Shown in pieces: positions 20,935 through 32,500 of a stretch of DNA of 64,000 nt (positions within the stretch are counted from its first letter, which is position 1; the number at the start of each line of letters is the position of its first letter). The notes beneath the pieces were generated by a model, which did no database searches, was not told where the DNA came from, and was given only the letters and a program-made list of their open reading frames with translations. The translations under genes were made by a program, and so were the position numbers. The DNA is from Salinispira sp. (GTDB lineage Bacteria > Spirochaetota > Spirochaetia > DSM-27196 > Salinispiraceae), in the NCBI GenBank assembly GCA_965602015.1, contig OZ271918.1:2720001-2784000 (forward strand), read 5' to 3'.

Positions 20935-22265
20935 TTTACCATCACTCCCAGGGTCAGCGGGACCAGCTCGGGCGTCATGCCGAGCCCGTTACTCCAAATG
21001 CGGGGAGAAAACAGAGGCAGATTATAGCGAAGCTCCTGGCGGAGAAAAAATGCGAAATGCGGGTAATTCAGTTCATGGTGCAGGACGATGAGATTGATAT
21101 AACTGTCGACGGCGGTGGCTCCCGTGCTGACCGGGGAAAAGGCAAGGCCGAAGCCCGCGGCATAAGCCAGCCGGTATCGGGATTCCGGGGGGAAAAACAG
21201 GTAATTGCCGTACTCGAGACTGACTTCATCGTGAACCAGGGTGCGCCCCCCCTCGGGCAAATCATCCCTGGGCAAATTGAAGTAGAACTGGTTGGCCAGC
21301 CGCAGATACATTGTGTCGCTTAAAAGATACATCCGCAAAGCGCTTTGAAGGCCCAGGAAAAACCACGGATTATAGGCGAACTCCGTGGCAAAACTGCTTT
21401 TGGGATAGAGGGGACTGAGGGTGACCTGATTAGTCCGGCCGGTAAGGGCGAAGGCCTGGGTGGCGCTATAGTACCCATCGAGGCTTTTCTCAACCTCAAG
21501 CTGCTGGCCTAATGCCAGCGGCTGATAAGGAAGTCTGGCATTGCCGTTTTCAATCCTTCCGATGACGCCGAAACCGGGCATGCTCAGTACCGTCCCTTCG
21601 TCAGTTGAGGCAAAGTCCACGGTGGCCGCGGAGGTCCCCACCAGTATTCCGGGATTCTGCTTCATAAAAAGAATCTGTCCGGCAGCATCGCCGATCTGAT
21701 CCATAATCTCGGTCATCAGCTCCTTCATGCTGGTAAGAAGCAGCAGACCGCTGCGGGCGATCCTCACATCGCCGGCGATGATGCGGTCCGAACGGATATC
21801 GTAGGCCTTCACCATGAGAAATACCCGCCGTTCCTCCAGACGGAAATACACGCTCAAGGCCACATCCCGGTCATCTGCGGCGGCAATATCCACGGGCAGC
21901 CGGGTAAATACATCGTCCCTCCCGCTGCGCTGCATATAGCCGGCCCAGGAATCCGAAGGAACGGCGGTAAAACCCCGTCCGATTACCTCGTTCACCACGA
22001 TATCGTCTATTATTCTCCGGTACTCTTTACTTTCCGCATCGAGGGCGGAATCCGCGTTTTCTCCGCCGTTTTCCCCGTCCATAGGCTCACCGTCGAGATT
22101 CCAGGCGGGGAATACCAGGACTTCAATGTCCCGGGTGTCGGGTTCCGCCGGCGCTTCCAACGGAGCATCGACATCCTGGGCCCACAGTGAGCCGGAAATG
22201 AGAAGCAGAGTCTGGATGAGCAGAAATATCTGCGGAGCTGGGCGTTTGGGAGACATCACTGCCAT
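20928..22265 (-). CDS. Secreted/outer-membrane protein, probable paralogue of 18323-19549
   Basis: Signal peptide (SLWA-QD), EKSLDGYY segment, C-terminus LTLGVMVKW. Start uncertain. Confidence 0.6.
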   Translation of the reverse strand: MAVMSPKRPAPQIFLLIQTLLLISGSLWAQDVDAPLEAPAEPDTRDIEVLVFPAWNLDGEPMDGENGGENADSALDAESKEYRRIIDDIVVNEVIGRGFTAVPSDSWAGYMQRSGRDDVFTRLPVDIAAADDRDVALSVYFRLEERRVFLMVKAYDIRSDRIIAGDVRIARSGLLLLTSMKELMTEIMDQIGDAAGQILFMKQNPGILVGTSAATVDFASTDEGTVLSMPGFGVIGRIENGNARLPYQPLALGQQLEVEKSLDGYYSATQAFALTGRTNQVTLSPLYPKSSFATEFAYNPWFFLGLQSALRMYLLSDTMYLRLANQFYFNLPRDDLPEGGRTLVHDEVSLEYGNYLFFPPESRYRLAYAAGFGLAFSPVSTGATAVDSYINLIVLHHELNYPHFAFFLRQELRYNLPLFSPRIWSNGLGMTPELVPLTLGVMVKW

Positions 22266-22279
22266 AGTATAGCGTGAAT

Positions 22280-23938
22280 TTACTTGGTCTTCATGATTTT
22301 TACCCCGTCCCATTGATCGGGAGGCGGGTCTTTTTGAAAGTCGCGGCAGCGCTGTATCATTTCCACGGCGATGTGATCCTCCGGAAGGACGGATCGCACG
22401 GACTCAAAGCCTTCGATGGCCTGGGAGAAATCCTGGGCGTAATAGGCGTCCATCGCCCGGTGATGCAGGTTCCAGGCCCGCTCAGTGGCGGAATCAAGTT
22501 CGCGTTCAACCCCGTAAATGCGAATCCCGCGTTTTTTACCCTTAACCGCGACGGTATCGAGGAGTCTGGTGGGAAAGTTTTCGGATATTTTACGCTGAAG
22601 GCTCTCGGAAATTATCAAATCCTGCCGGTACTCTTTGGTAAGGCCCTCAAGGCGGCTGGCCAGGTTCACCATGTCGCCGATTACCGTATAATCCATTTTT
22701 TTCTCTGCGCCTATATTGCCGACGGTAACAATGCCGTAATTTATTCCGATCCCCGTTAAAAACGGCGGATATCCTTTAGCCTGCTGTTTTGCGTTGAAGG
22801 ACCTCATGGCTTCCACCATATCCAGGCCGGCGCTCACTGACTGGTAAGCATCGTCATCGTGTTTCACCGGAGCGCCGAATATCGCCATAATGGCGTCGCC
22901 GATATATTTATCGACGATTCCCTGATGGTCCATGATGATGTCGACCATCATGGTGAAATAGGTGTTGAGCTGATTCACCAGTTCGCTGGGGTGCATGGAT
23001 TCGGAAATGGTGGTAAACGAACGGATATCCGAGAAAAGGATAGCCAGAACCCGGTCCTCTCCGACCAGCATCGACTCGGGGCTCTGAAAGAACCGGTCTA
23101 TCAGCTCCTGGGGTACGTATTTTTGGAAAATCTGCCGCACCTTTTTCTCTTTGTGCTCCGCAAGGGCTGCATCCCGGGCAAAGCGCTTGATTTCCGTATA
23201 TGCCCGGTCGAGCTCGCCGGTCATGATGTTAAAGGTGTGCGCCAGTGCTCCGGTTTCGTCATCGTATTCTACCGGAACTTTTTTACTCAGGTCGCTGGTG
23301 GTGATAATATCCCTCATGGTGTCCACGACGGTATTTAAGGGCCGAATGAGCCTGGTGGTCACTGTATAAAGTATGACGCTGGTCAGTACGAGCGATGCGA
23401 TGAGCAGATAAATGGTCCGCGTCGTGATCTGATTTATATCCTGAAAGAATGTGGCTCGGCTCTCGGTGACCAGCAGGAACCACTGGAAGGGCTCGAACAC
23501 AAAACCCTTGGCAACCCGGGGAACTCCGGCGATAGTTATCTCGAACAGGGCGTTGTCTTCGGTACCGTAGATATCCGCCAGCCGCTGACTGTCTCCTTCG
23601 GTCAGCAATAGCTCTCCGCTGGTCATCTGGAGCCTGCCTTGGGGATCAACGGCAAAAATCAGTTCAGTGTCGCTGCGAATGATGGAGTCAGCATAGACGC
23701 CTATGCTGCCCTTGGTTGCCTGGATATAGTCATCGGAACGCTGAAGGTCATTTTCCACCAGGAGCTGATACTGGCTGAGCGCATACTTCTCAAGTTCGGC
23801 GACTTTAAAGCCCAGGAAGTCCCTGGCAAGGCGGTTTATTCCCGCAGATGCGAGGAAAAAACTGGAAGCGCCGACTAACAGCACCGACACCGAGATGATT
23901 GGGAAGACGACTGCGATGATTTTTGCCCGAAATTTCAT
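22280..23938 (-). CDS. Membrane class III adenylate cyclase (2 TM, sensor, HAMP, cyclase)
   Basis: LFSDIRSFT, DKYIGDAIM and DYTVIGDMVNLASRLEG. HAMP motif DETGALAHTFN. Confidence 0.92.
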   Translation of the reverse strand: MKFRAKIIAVVFPIISVSVLLVGASSFFLASAGINRLARDFLGFKVAELEKYALSQYQLLVENDLQRSDDYIQATKGSIGVYADSIIRSDTELIFAVDPQGRLQMTSGELLLTEGDSQRLADIYGTEDNALFEITIAGVPRVAKGFVFEPFQWFLLVTESRATFFQDINQITTRTIYLLIASLVLTSVILYTVTTRLIRPLNTVVDTMRDIITTSDLSKKVPVEYDDETGALAHTFNIMTGELDRAYTEIKRFARDAALAEHKEKKVRQIFQKYVPQELIDRFFQSPESMLVGEDRVLAILFSDIRSFTTISESMHPSELVNQLNTYFTMMVDIIMDHQGIVDKYIGDAIMAIFGAPVKHDDDAYQSVSAGLDMVEAMRSFNAKQQAKGYPPFLTGIGINYGIVTVGNIGAEKKMDYTVIGDMVNLASRLEGLTKEYRQDLIISESLQRKISENFPTRLLDTVAVKGKKRGIRIYGVERELDSATERAWNLHHRAMDAYYAQDFSQAIEGFESVRSVLPEDHIAVEMIQRCRDFQKDPPPDQWDGVKIMKTK

Positions 23939-23994
23939 TGTGAACCCATGCCCTTCGTTACAGTATCGGCGGTGCGCGGAAGATTTTCAGGGAT

Positions 23995-25149
23995 TTATGA
24001 TAGCCGTCTGCGGTTTTCACCCTGGAACTGCCGGCGAAGGCTGCTTTCCCGCAAATCCTCCATTTCCGGGGTTCGCCGGGCCAGGCGGCCCCACAAATTA
24101 CGCAGGTCTTCCGGCGCTTCATCATCGGGGAAAATAACACTCCACATATTAATTATTTGGGGCTTGGTCGCCTGATGGATGAAGCTCCGGATTTTCCTGA
24201 TTATCCGCTCACTGTCATTGTCAAAGCTAAAGCGAAATAAGGGATGTGGTTTTTGTGGGTAACGCCCCGCGTCGAGGTCGCGGATAAAAGCGGCGAGCCG
24301 GGTCTTGAGAGTTCGTATGCTTGAGTAGCTGCCCCAGCCCGAGGCCGCGAGCATGCGGGCATTGAGGCGCTGTTCGTACTGACCCCTCTGGGGGATGGCA
24401 AAAACCGGCTTTTTGAGATACATGGCCTCGCTGAGGGTCTGGTGGCCTGCGCTGGTAATTATTGCTCGGCAACCGGCCACAGCCTCGGCATAGGATTCCC
24501 GGGGATCGGGAAAAAGCCGGTAGTTGTGTATTCCCATCTGATGAAGCCGTTTGAGAACCGCGGGCCGGTAACTGTCTTTCAAACTCACGAGAAAATAATC
24601 CCCTTGCCGCGTGCGAACCTCAGTCAATTCCCGGCGGATCATGGGCCCCACATCGCCGTTGTAAAACGAACAGAAAATCCGCTTGTCAAACACCGGCATC
24701 ATAAACCGGGCGGCGGCCTTAACCGCAAGGGCGTCGGGGGAAAAAGACGGACTGGTAATTACGATTCCCGGGTGATTAAACTGCAGCACCGGAATTCCAA
24801 TCCTTTTTGCAGCCACCGCGCTGAAGGGTTCATAGTCGTTTATCAGCACCGAAATATTATGGTCCTTTAGCATGCGGCTCATCCTCACGATTTTTGTTCT
24901 TAAGGTGAGCAGGGTCGGCAGGTTTTCAGTGAAGGTTCGGTAGTAGTCGATGCGGTCGGTGATCTTCACCAGATGCATATGGGGAACGGGGAGGACCAGG
25001 GCGTCGGGGGCCTTTTGGGATAGAAACCCGTGAACCGTCGGGGGCGCCAGAATTGCCACCTGGTAATCCCCGCAAAGAGCCTCGTAAAACGCCACTGTGC
25101 GGGAAACATGTCCGAATCCCTCTCCGTTGCAGGCAAGTCCGATCTTCAT
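23995..25149 (-). CDS. GT-B glycosyltransferase (MJ1255/VC2487-like)
   Basis: NGEGFGHVSR, INDYEP, SAGHQTLSEA and GQYEQRLNA. Confidence 0.8.
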   Translation of the reverse strand: MKIGLACNGEGFGHVSRTVAFYEALCGDYQVAILAPPTVHGFLSQKAPDALVLPVPHMHLVKITDRIDYYRTFTENLPTLLTLRTKIVRMSRMLKDHNISVLINDYEPFSAVAAKRIGIPVLQFNHPGIVITSPSFSPDALAVKAAARFMMPVFDKRIFCSFYNGDVGPMIRRELTEVRTRQGDYFLVSLKDSYRPAVLKRLHQMGIHNYRLFPDPRESYAEAVAGCRAIITSAGHQTLSEAMYLKKPVFAIPQRGQYEQRLNARMLAASGWGSYSSIRTLKTRLAAFIRDLDAGRYPQKPHPLFRFSFDNDSERIIRKIRSFIHQATKPQIINMWSVIFPDDEAPEDLRNLWGRLARRTPEMEDLRESSLRRQFQGENRRRLS

Positions 25150-25335
25150 ATTCACCTCGGTTCGGCTAAGCGTTCGATTTATCTTTGCCTACCCGCTCGA
25201 CAGCCTAGAAGGATTCTGTCAGTATTGGATGAGTTCCGAGTTAAAAATCCATCATCGGCTCCGGCTCCCCGGAAAACTCCGGGCCCATTGGGCGTGCCGG
25301 GCGCAGTTCAACAACACAGCCAGAGGTGACCTTCG

Positions 25336-26238
25336 GTGTTTTTTTATGATCGCGATATTGACAACTCCATCATCGACGAATACCAGCTCGACGGCCCTAA
25401 GGGGCGGCAACTATTCCTCAAGGAAATCGCCGATGAACTCCAGGTTTTTCCCGAGGACTACCGGCTGTTCGGTCCGTATTGGTGGTTTATAAAGGATCAG
25501 CTCAGACGGGCAGGAATTGCCCGAAACGCATGGTTCCACCTTTCGCCGGCGGACGGCGAAACCCTGGAGGCCTTGTCGGACAAACCGAAGGCCCTGGTGC
25601 TTGCGGCGGCGCTTCAGTACCTGCGGATGCTTCAGGAGGATCCCCAACCCCTCACAGAAGATGAAAAAGCCCAGCATTTTTGGGAATCCGGCCGGGAAGG
25701 CCGGATCATCACCATCGAGGACAGCGGATTATCGCTGCAACCGGATCTTTTCGCCGATTTGGAAAAGCACGAGATCAGAACCCGGGATTTCCTCAACATG
25801 CCGGATAACTACATTCCAAGAATCTGGAAGGAGCGGGGCCTGCTGCGCAAAGAAGAGGGGAAGCCCTTTTCCGCATACCGATGTTTCCTCAGGTACCTGG
25901 GCACCGCGGCAGACGAACAGGCGAAGGCCGATGCCTGGCTTCTCATCGGCATCCTGTTCTTCGAACAGGGTCACTTCCCCAAGGCGGTTTTTGCATTTTC
26001 GAATGCCTACGACCGGGACACCCAGGATTGGATATTGGCCCACCTGGCGGAGGCCCGGGTCTCAAATGGCGAACTTCGGGACGGGCTCCAGCTTTTCGAA
26101 CAGCTGGTGCAGCGGATGCCCGGCAATCCCGAATACCGCCAACGCCTGGAGGAACTCAGGAGACGGGCGGATCAGCCCGTGGAGCTGGAAGAAATCAACG
26201 AACTACCCTTCCATGCGTTTAAGCGAAGCACCGGATAA
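25336..26238 (+). CDS. TPR-repeat protein
   Basis: C-terminal TPR-like repeats (AWLLIGILFFEQGHFPKAVFAF, LAEARV...PGNPEY). Confidence 0.65.
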   Translation: MFFYDRDIDNSIIDEYQLDGPKGRQLFLKEIADELQVFPEDYRLFGPYWWFIKDQLRRAGIARNAWFHLSPADGETLEALSDKPKALVLAAALQYLRMLQEDPQPLTEDEKAQHFWESGREGRIITIEDSGLSLQPDLFADLEKHEIRTRDFLNMPDNYIPRIWKERGLLRKEEGKPFSAYRCFLRYLGTAADEQAKADAWLLIGILFFEQGHFPKAVFAFSNAYDRDTQDWILAHLAEARVSNGELRDGLQLFEQLVQRMPGNPEYRQRLEELRRRADQPVELEEINELPFHAFKRSTG

Positions 26239-27261
26239 CTCCTCCAGGAGCGCTTCGCTGTCTTCCCAACCAAGGCAGGCGTCTGTGATGCTCTGACCGT
26301 ATTTCAGCTGGTCGAGCACCGCGAGGGGCTGCTTCCCCTCGACGAGATTACTTTCAATCATTAGTCCGAAGATCTCGCTGCCGCCGCCGGCGATCTGTTC
26401 AGCCAGATTCCGGCCAACGTCCATCTGACGGCAATGGTCCTTCATGGAATTGCCGTGACTGCAGTCGATCATGAGTCTGGGGCGAAGCCCCTCTCTCCGG
26501 AGGGACGCACAGTGCGTTGCAATAGACTCCCGATCAAAATTGGTGGCCCCTCCGCCCCCCCGGAGAATCAGATGGGCATAATCATTGCCGCTGGTCTCGA
26601 CGATTGCTGCGACGCTCTGTTTAGTGACTGAGAGGAAGTGGTGGGAACCCGCGCTGGCGTGTATGGCATCTATTGCCGTTGTCACCGAGCCGTCGGTGCC
26701 GTTTTTGAAACCAACGGGCATACTCAATCCCGATGCCAGTTCGCGGTGTATCTGGCTCTCGGTCGTGCGGGCGCCGATGGCTCCCCAGCTAACCGCGTCG
26801 GCAATGAACTGCGGAGTTATGGTATCGAGAAACTCGCAGCCGCAGGGCATGCCCATCTCACCGAGATCGACCAAAAGCTGCCTGGCCAGATGCAGCCCCT
26901 TGTTGATCTCGAAACTATCGTCGAGATAGGGGTCGTTGATCAGACCCTTCCACCCTTTTCGGGTCCTGGGTTTCTCGAAGTACACCCGCATGACGATTTC
27001 CAGGGTATCCCGGTAGCGATGCCGAAGATCGCTGAGACGCCTCCCGTACTCCCTTGCAGCCCGGGTATCATGAATCGAACAGGGCCCGATGACCACCAGC
27101 AGCCTGCGGTCGCGTTCATCCATGATATTTTCGATGGCCTTTCGGGTTTCCGAAACCGTCCGCTCGCCGGTTTCGCTGAGGGGAATTTCCTCCATCAGTA
27201 TTGCCGGGGGAATGAGGGGCTTCAGCTGTTTGATTCTCAGGTCGTCTACGGGGAAATGCAC
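26203..27261 (-). CDS. aroG: DAHP synthase, class I-alpha (AroF/G/H type)
   Basis: GPCSIHD, RVYFEKPRT..GWKG, IGARTTESQIHRELASG and DCSHGNS. Confidence 0.93.
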   Translation of the reverse strand: MHFPVDDLRIKQLKPLIPPAILMEEIPLSETGERTVSETRKAIENIMDERDRRLLVVIGPCSIHDTRAAREYGRRLSDLRHRYRDTLEIVMRVYFEKPRTRKGWKGLINDPYLDDSFEINKGLHLARQLLVDLGEMGMPCGCEFLDTITPQFIADAVSWGAIGARTTESQIHRELASGLSMPVGFKNGTDGSVTTAIDAIHASAGSHHFLSVTKQSVAAIVETSGNDYAHLILRGGGGATNFDRESIATHCASLRREGLRPRLMIDCSHGNSMKDHCRQMDVGRNLAEQIAGGGSEIFGLMIESNLVEGKQPLAVLDQLKYGQSITDACLGWEDSEALLEELSGASLKRMEG

Positions 27262-27305
27262 TGTGGGTACTCCTGGGTACCGGCCGCAGCGGCCGGGGTT
27301 GAGGG

Positions 27306-29432
27306 TCAGGCGTTCTGGCGTTCCCGGGCGAATTCCAGGAAGTGATCGCCGCTCAAGGGTTTGCTGTGATAAAACCCCTGGATAATATCACAATTATTGT
27401 TGAGCAGGAAGTTCAACTGTTCGGCATTATCCACGCCTTCGGCCACGACCCGGTACCCCATTCCCTGCACCATTGAAATAATGGCCTGCACCAGGGCGCT
27501 GTTCTGGCTGTCGAAGGGAAGGTCTATGACAAACGAGCGGTCGATTTTCACCGCCGCAATGGGAAGGCGCTTGAGGTATGAAAGACTTGAATAGCCCGTG
27601 CCGAAATCATCAATGGAAAATTTGAGGCCGATGTCCGCCATGTTCTGAAGTTTGCTGATCAGACCGTCCTGATCCTCAACCAGGGAGTTTTCCGTTATTT
27701 CAAGGTGGAGCGACCGGGGGTCGAGACTGTTCATCCTCAGGTTCGAAATAAGAGTGCGCTGGAGCTTACCGTCCCGCAGCTGCCGGGGGCTCAGATTAAT
27801 GCTCACCGGAATGCTCAACCCCCTCGAACGCCAAAGCACCAGGGTTTTGCAGGCCTCTTCGATGACCCAGGTACCGATGGGGATAATCAGTCCGGTTTCC
27901 TCGGCTACGGGGATAAACTCCGCGGGGCTAACGGACCCCAAAACCCCATGGTTCCAGCGCAGCAGTGCTTCGGCTCCGACAAGATTGCCGGCACCGTCCA
28001 GCTGCGGCTGATAATGAAGGCTGAGCTCTCTGCGATCGACCGCCTGACGCAGGTAATTAATCATCTGGATCTTGCCCACCGCCCGCTCCTGCATTGCCGG
28101 AGTGTAAAAACGGTAGGTGTTGCGGTCGAGTTTCGCTTCCTGGAGAGCTTGATCGGCGTGACTGGTAATATCCGCAATTGAAAGGCCGTCCCGGGGGAAC
28201 ATGGAAATACCAATGCTGGCGCTGAGATAGACGCTGTGCCAATCCCATTCGAATTGCTTCTGAAAAACTTCAAGCAGCCGTTCACTTATCATCGCCACAT
28301 CAAGTTCACTGCCGACCTCGGAAATGAGAATTCCGAACTCGTCGCCTCCGGTGCGGTACAACCGTCCCTGATTCCCCAGGGAAGCGGAAAAGCGCTTCGC
28401 GATGGCATTAAGAATTTCATTTCCCGCGTCATTGCCGAGGCTTTCGTTGATATTTCCGAAATAATCAATGTCTATCTGAAGAACGGCGTGAAGCGGTGTT
28501 TGCCCCCCAATAGCGCCCTGGTTACGGCATATTTCATTCAGTGCGCTGAAAAACTGACGCCGGTTTTCCAGTCTGGTCAAGGGGTCATGGGTTTCCAGAT
28601 AGGCAAGTTCAGACTCGATATTTCTCGTACGGCTCGCCCGGTCCAGGTACTCCCTCACCAGAATGAAGGCCATCATGATGGTCAGCAGGGTGAAGGCTGC
28701 GCCGAGGAAACTCTGTTCCAGCCCTCTCACGGGGAACATGTCCAGAATATAGACGGTCAAAAGGAGGGCCAGGCCGACGCTGATGCTGATGCGCAGCAGG
28801 AGGTCCCTTTTCAAGCCCTTGCGGAACAGGCTTATGGCCATGTAGTAGCCGGCGCCTGAAACAAGCAGGGCGTCGCGAATCCAGGCAAGGACTCCCCGTG
28901 ATGCCACACCCTCAGGGCCAATCGTCACGATACCACGGGGAAACGCCGCCCCGGCGCCGATGAGGACGGCGGACGCGATCATTACGGTCACCAGAACCAG
29001 CTTGTCTAATCCGGTCATGACGGTCTGCGTCGCGGAGCTGATCAGGGAGCCTGTTTGCGCTACCTGTAATTCGGCGGTAAACAGATCCTCCCGACGGAGA
29101 TACACCAGCAGCGCGAACAGTAGAAGCATGGAATTAATGAGCAGGTGCTCCAGATTGTGAAGCCGCAATGACGAATAGGGAGTGCCGCCGGCGGCCTGAA
29201 ACAGGTTGTACATTTTAATCAATGGAAATGCGCCGGCCAGAGTGCTGATAAGCACAGCGACGAAATGGAACCACTTGCGGGATTTATACAGCAGGTAGCT
29301 GAAGAACGCCGTGGTGAAGAGGAGAAGCCCAATCTGTATGGACAGCCTGATTATGGCACCGATGCCGCCCGAGGAGAAAAAAGTATATATATTCACGAAA
29401 AAACGTTCCGATGAAGTACGCTGCCACCGCAT
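27306..29432 (-). CDS. Multi-TM diguanylate cyclase/phosphodiesterase (GGDEF-EAL)
   Basis: About 7 TMs, intact GGDEF, EALLRW and DDFGTGYSSL. Confidence 0.92.
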   Translation of the reverse strand: MRWQRTSSERFFVNIYTFFSSGGIGAIIRLSIQIGLLLFTTAFFSYLLYKSRKWFHFVAVLISTLAGAFPLIKMYNLFQAAGGTPYSSLRLHNLEHLLINSMLLLFALLVYLRREDLFTAELQVAQTGSLISSATQTVMTGLDKLVLVTVMIASAVLIGAGAAFPRGIVTIGPEGVASRGVLAWIRDALLVSGAGYYMAISLFRKGLKRDLLLRISISVGLALLLTVYILDMFPVRGLEQSFLGAAFTLLTIMMAFILVREYLDRASRTRNIESELAYLETHDPLTRLENRRQFFSALNEICRNQGAIGGQTPLHAVLQIDIDYFGNINESLGNDAGNEILNAIAKRFSASLGNQGRLYRTGGDEFGILISEVGSELDVAMISERLLEVFQKQFEWDWHSVYLSASIGISMFPRDGLSIADITSHADQALQEAKLDRNTYRFYTPAMQERAVGKIQMINYLRQAVDRRELSLHYQPQLDGAGNLVGAEALLRWNHGVLGSVSPAEFIPVAEETGLIIPIGTWVIEEACKTLVLWRSRGLSIPVSINLSPRQLRDGKLQRTLISNLRMNSLDPRSLHLEITENSLVEDQDGLISKLQNMADIGLKFSIDDFGTGYSSLSYLKRLPIAAVKIDRSFVIDLPFDSQNSALVQAIISMVQGMGYRVVAEGVDNAEQLNFLLNNNCDIIQGFYHSKPLSGDHFLEFARERQNA

Positions 29433-29506
29433 CTCGCAGCGAAGGTATTTCCCACCGGCCTCCGCTACAAGTATCGGCAGCTATCCGGCAGAATGGCCGA
29501 ATAATA

Positions 29507-32500
29507 TCAGATTTCTATTTCGATGTCACCGTTCGGATAGGAGCAGCAGCTCAGTATGGTTCCCGAATCAGCGCTCCGTCGGTCGAGAATATTCGGTTCA
29601 TCCATTATTACCCGGCCGGACACCAATGTGCAGCGGCATTCGCCGCATCGTCCGACCAGGCAGTTGCCGCGCAGCCTCCGGCCGGCCTTTGTGAGTCCGT
29701 CCAATACGCTCTCTCCGGGATTTATGGTCACGAACGAATTGTCGGGCAAAAGCCGCATTTCAGCCCTGTGAGCCGGACGCCGGGAGCGGCTGTGCGCCGG
29801 GGTGAATGCTTCCCGGTGAATGGCGAGATCGCTGCCCGCTGCGGACAGTCCCGCGCTCATGATTTCGACGAAATCCGCTCCGCCGCATATATACGCCGTG
29901 GACAAGTCTCCGCTGAGATCCTGCACATCGGAAACATCGATTCGCCGTTGGTGAACACCTACTCTTCCTGCCTCAAACGCAGACAGCCAGACGGGACTCC
30001 CGCCGGCCGGGGCTGCGGTGCTCGGGCTCCCGGCGCTCGGGGCAGCAGCGTCCGGGGCAGCATAGCCCGGAGCTGTGGCGCCCGGGCTCCCGGCGCCGAC
30101 AAACAGGTCGATCTTTAGCCGAGGCAGTCGTTTGGCGATGGTTTCCAATCCGGAGTAAAACGGCCAGTATGCCAGATCGCCGGTGGCGACCAATAATCTG
30201 CCTCCCTTCTGAGGGACAGCCTCCAAGCTTCTGGCGTGCAGCATGGACAATACGGGAGCGAATCCCGCTCCCGCTGCGATAAACAGTTCTCCGGAAATCG
30301 AATTTTCTCCGAGGGTAAAATCGCCGTGAGCCGGTCCTCCCCGAAGCTTTTGGCCAACCCGGGCGTCCTCGGCAAAGAACTCCCATGCAAGCCCACCTTC
30401 CCTCCGTTGGATGACGATTGCGTCCCGGGGACAGGTCTCGACGGAATAGGCGCGAAGGAACGAACGGCCCCGGTGGGTAATGCGGAAGGTTATGCATTGT
30501 CCCGGTTTGGCAATCACCGCAGAACCGTCTGACCGGGAAATGCCGACCCGCAGGAACTCGTCGCCAAATCGCTCTATGTAATCTATTCGATAGAGCACGG
30601 GCACATCGGATGATCCTGATTTTTTTCGGAAGTACCAGGCTGCACCAAGAAATAACAACTCTCCGCCCACGCCCAGCGCCAAAATGCCCCCAGCCCTGGG
30701 ATCCCAGCCGTAGCTATGAAGACCTGTAGCCATCAGATTGACGCCGAACCAGGAAAACAATAGCACAATCAAGGATGCGGCCGAGCTCAGTGATAGGGCA
30801 TACTCGCTTAATTTTTCCCCGGGGCGGGCATGAAGAAGGAGCGAGAGCCAGATGATAAGAAGAAGTGCGGCATTCTCTTTCGGATCCCAACCCCAGAAGC
30901 GTCCCCAGCTTTGGTCGGCCCAAATTCCGCCGAGCATGGTGCCGACGAACATAAACAGCAGGGCCAGGCGGAGACTGAGCAGAAGACCGCGATATCTGGC
31001 AGCGGCGTTTCCCGGACCGTCGGGAGATCTGATAATGGAAACCGCATGGACATGCCCGATGGCCGAGGCAAGGAAAACCAGGGCATAACCGGTGATAATT
31101 ACCAGTACATGGACGCTGAGCCAGAAATTGCTGTCGAGAACGGCCTGGACAACTGCCAGGTCATCTCCGCCGGAAATAAATCCCGGTGAAACAAGAAGGA
31201 CAAGAGAAGCGCACAAAAGTACCGCCGCCTGCTGCCTCGAATTACGTACCCCCAACACGATCCCTGCTACGGGCATGAGAAAACCGACCAACAGCAGGCT
31301 GGAGTAAAGACTGGTGACCGGCGGCCTTCCGGTAATAAAAATGCGCAGCAGCAGTCCGGACAAGCTGAGCAGCACCCCAAGGGCGACCCCGGCAGGAGCC
31401 GCAGATTGCACTGCCCTCACCAACCATCGGCTTCCGGAGGTATATGCCGCGGGAGCCCTGTTGCGGGAAGCCAGGTAGATGTACATCAGCGCCGAGGCGG
31501 CAAATAGCAAACCCGCAAGCCGGTATGGCCGCAGATTTCGATACCATCCCTCGGCCCGCAGCCTGGCTGATGAGAGGTCGGTACTGTCTGCCTGAAGCGT
31601 TATTATGCGGGAAATATAGTCGGGGGATAAAATCCCTGAGGACTGGAGGATTGAGTCTCTATCGCTGGGAGGCAGGGAGGGATCGAGGGGATGATACCAC
31701 AGACCGTCTCCGCCGGGCATTACCCGGAGGGGATGCCCCCGGTAAAAATCCGGCTCAATCGATTCCGGATTATCGATCCTGAGAAACTCGAGACTCCCCG
31801 CCAATCGCAAAACAGTTTCGAGCCGGGCATCCAAAAGCAACAGTTCATCGGAAAGAGGATCCTCTCCCGGAGCTAGCCCAGCAGCCAGCGCGGCAATGTT
31901 CTCGATTGCCGGAAGAAAGTCCGCCGCCGAGTAACGCCCGGTCGGCCGATCCGGAAGGCCGATAAGGGTAAACAAGTCCGGATGATTGACCTTGATCACA
32001 TCGGCCCTCAGGGCATCCAGGGGCGAGAACAGAAGAGCTTCGATAAACGCCGCACCGTCATATCCGGCGGCCCGTCGGCGACCGGAAAGCTCATATAGGA
32101 GGATGCCGCCGAAACTCTCGGCGGGCATCAATCGGCCACCGGAATACACCGCCAGATCCTCTGTCATAGCTCCAGTCGCGCCGCCGATCAGCACAAAAAG
32201 CGCGATACATGCGCAGAACATGAGCAGGATCAAAGCTGATTTCATGACCGGCTTTATCCTATCCGGCAGCACAGCGGCAGCGGTCTGGTGATCAACTCCA
32301 CCACCCGGCATCACTGCTGAAGCGCTCCGGCGTTCAGCTCCAGCGGCCGGCATCACTGTTGCTGCAGATGGATTTTGCTTCGCCCCGGACAGTTTGGCTC
32401 TCCGCTTTTTCTCCCCCCGCCTTCTTTCACCGCGGCTGAAATAGTGGAACAGAAATCCGAAAAAACTGATTCCCGTTCCTATGTAGGGCAAGAGAGCGCC

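Noticed and set aside
23995..25149. Glycosyltransferase as the head-group enzyme of the proposed sphingolipid
   Set aside because: It is 17 kb away in a different context, and no sequence evidence links it to the cluster.
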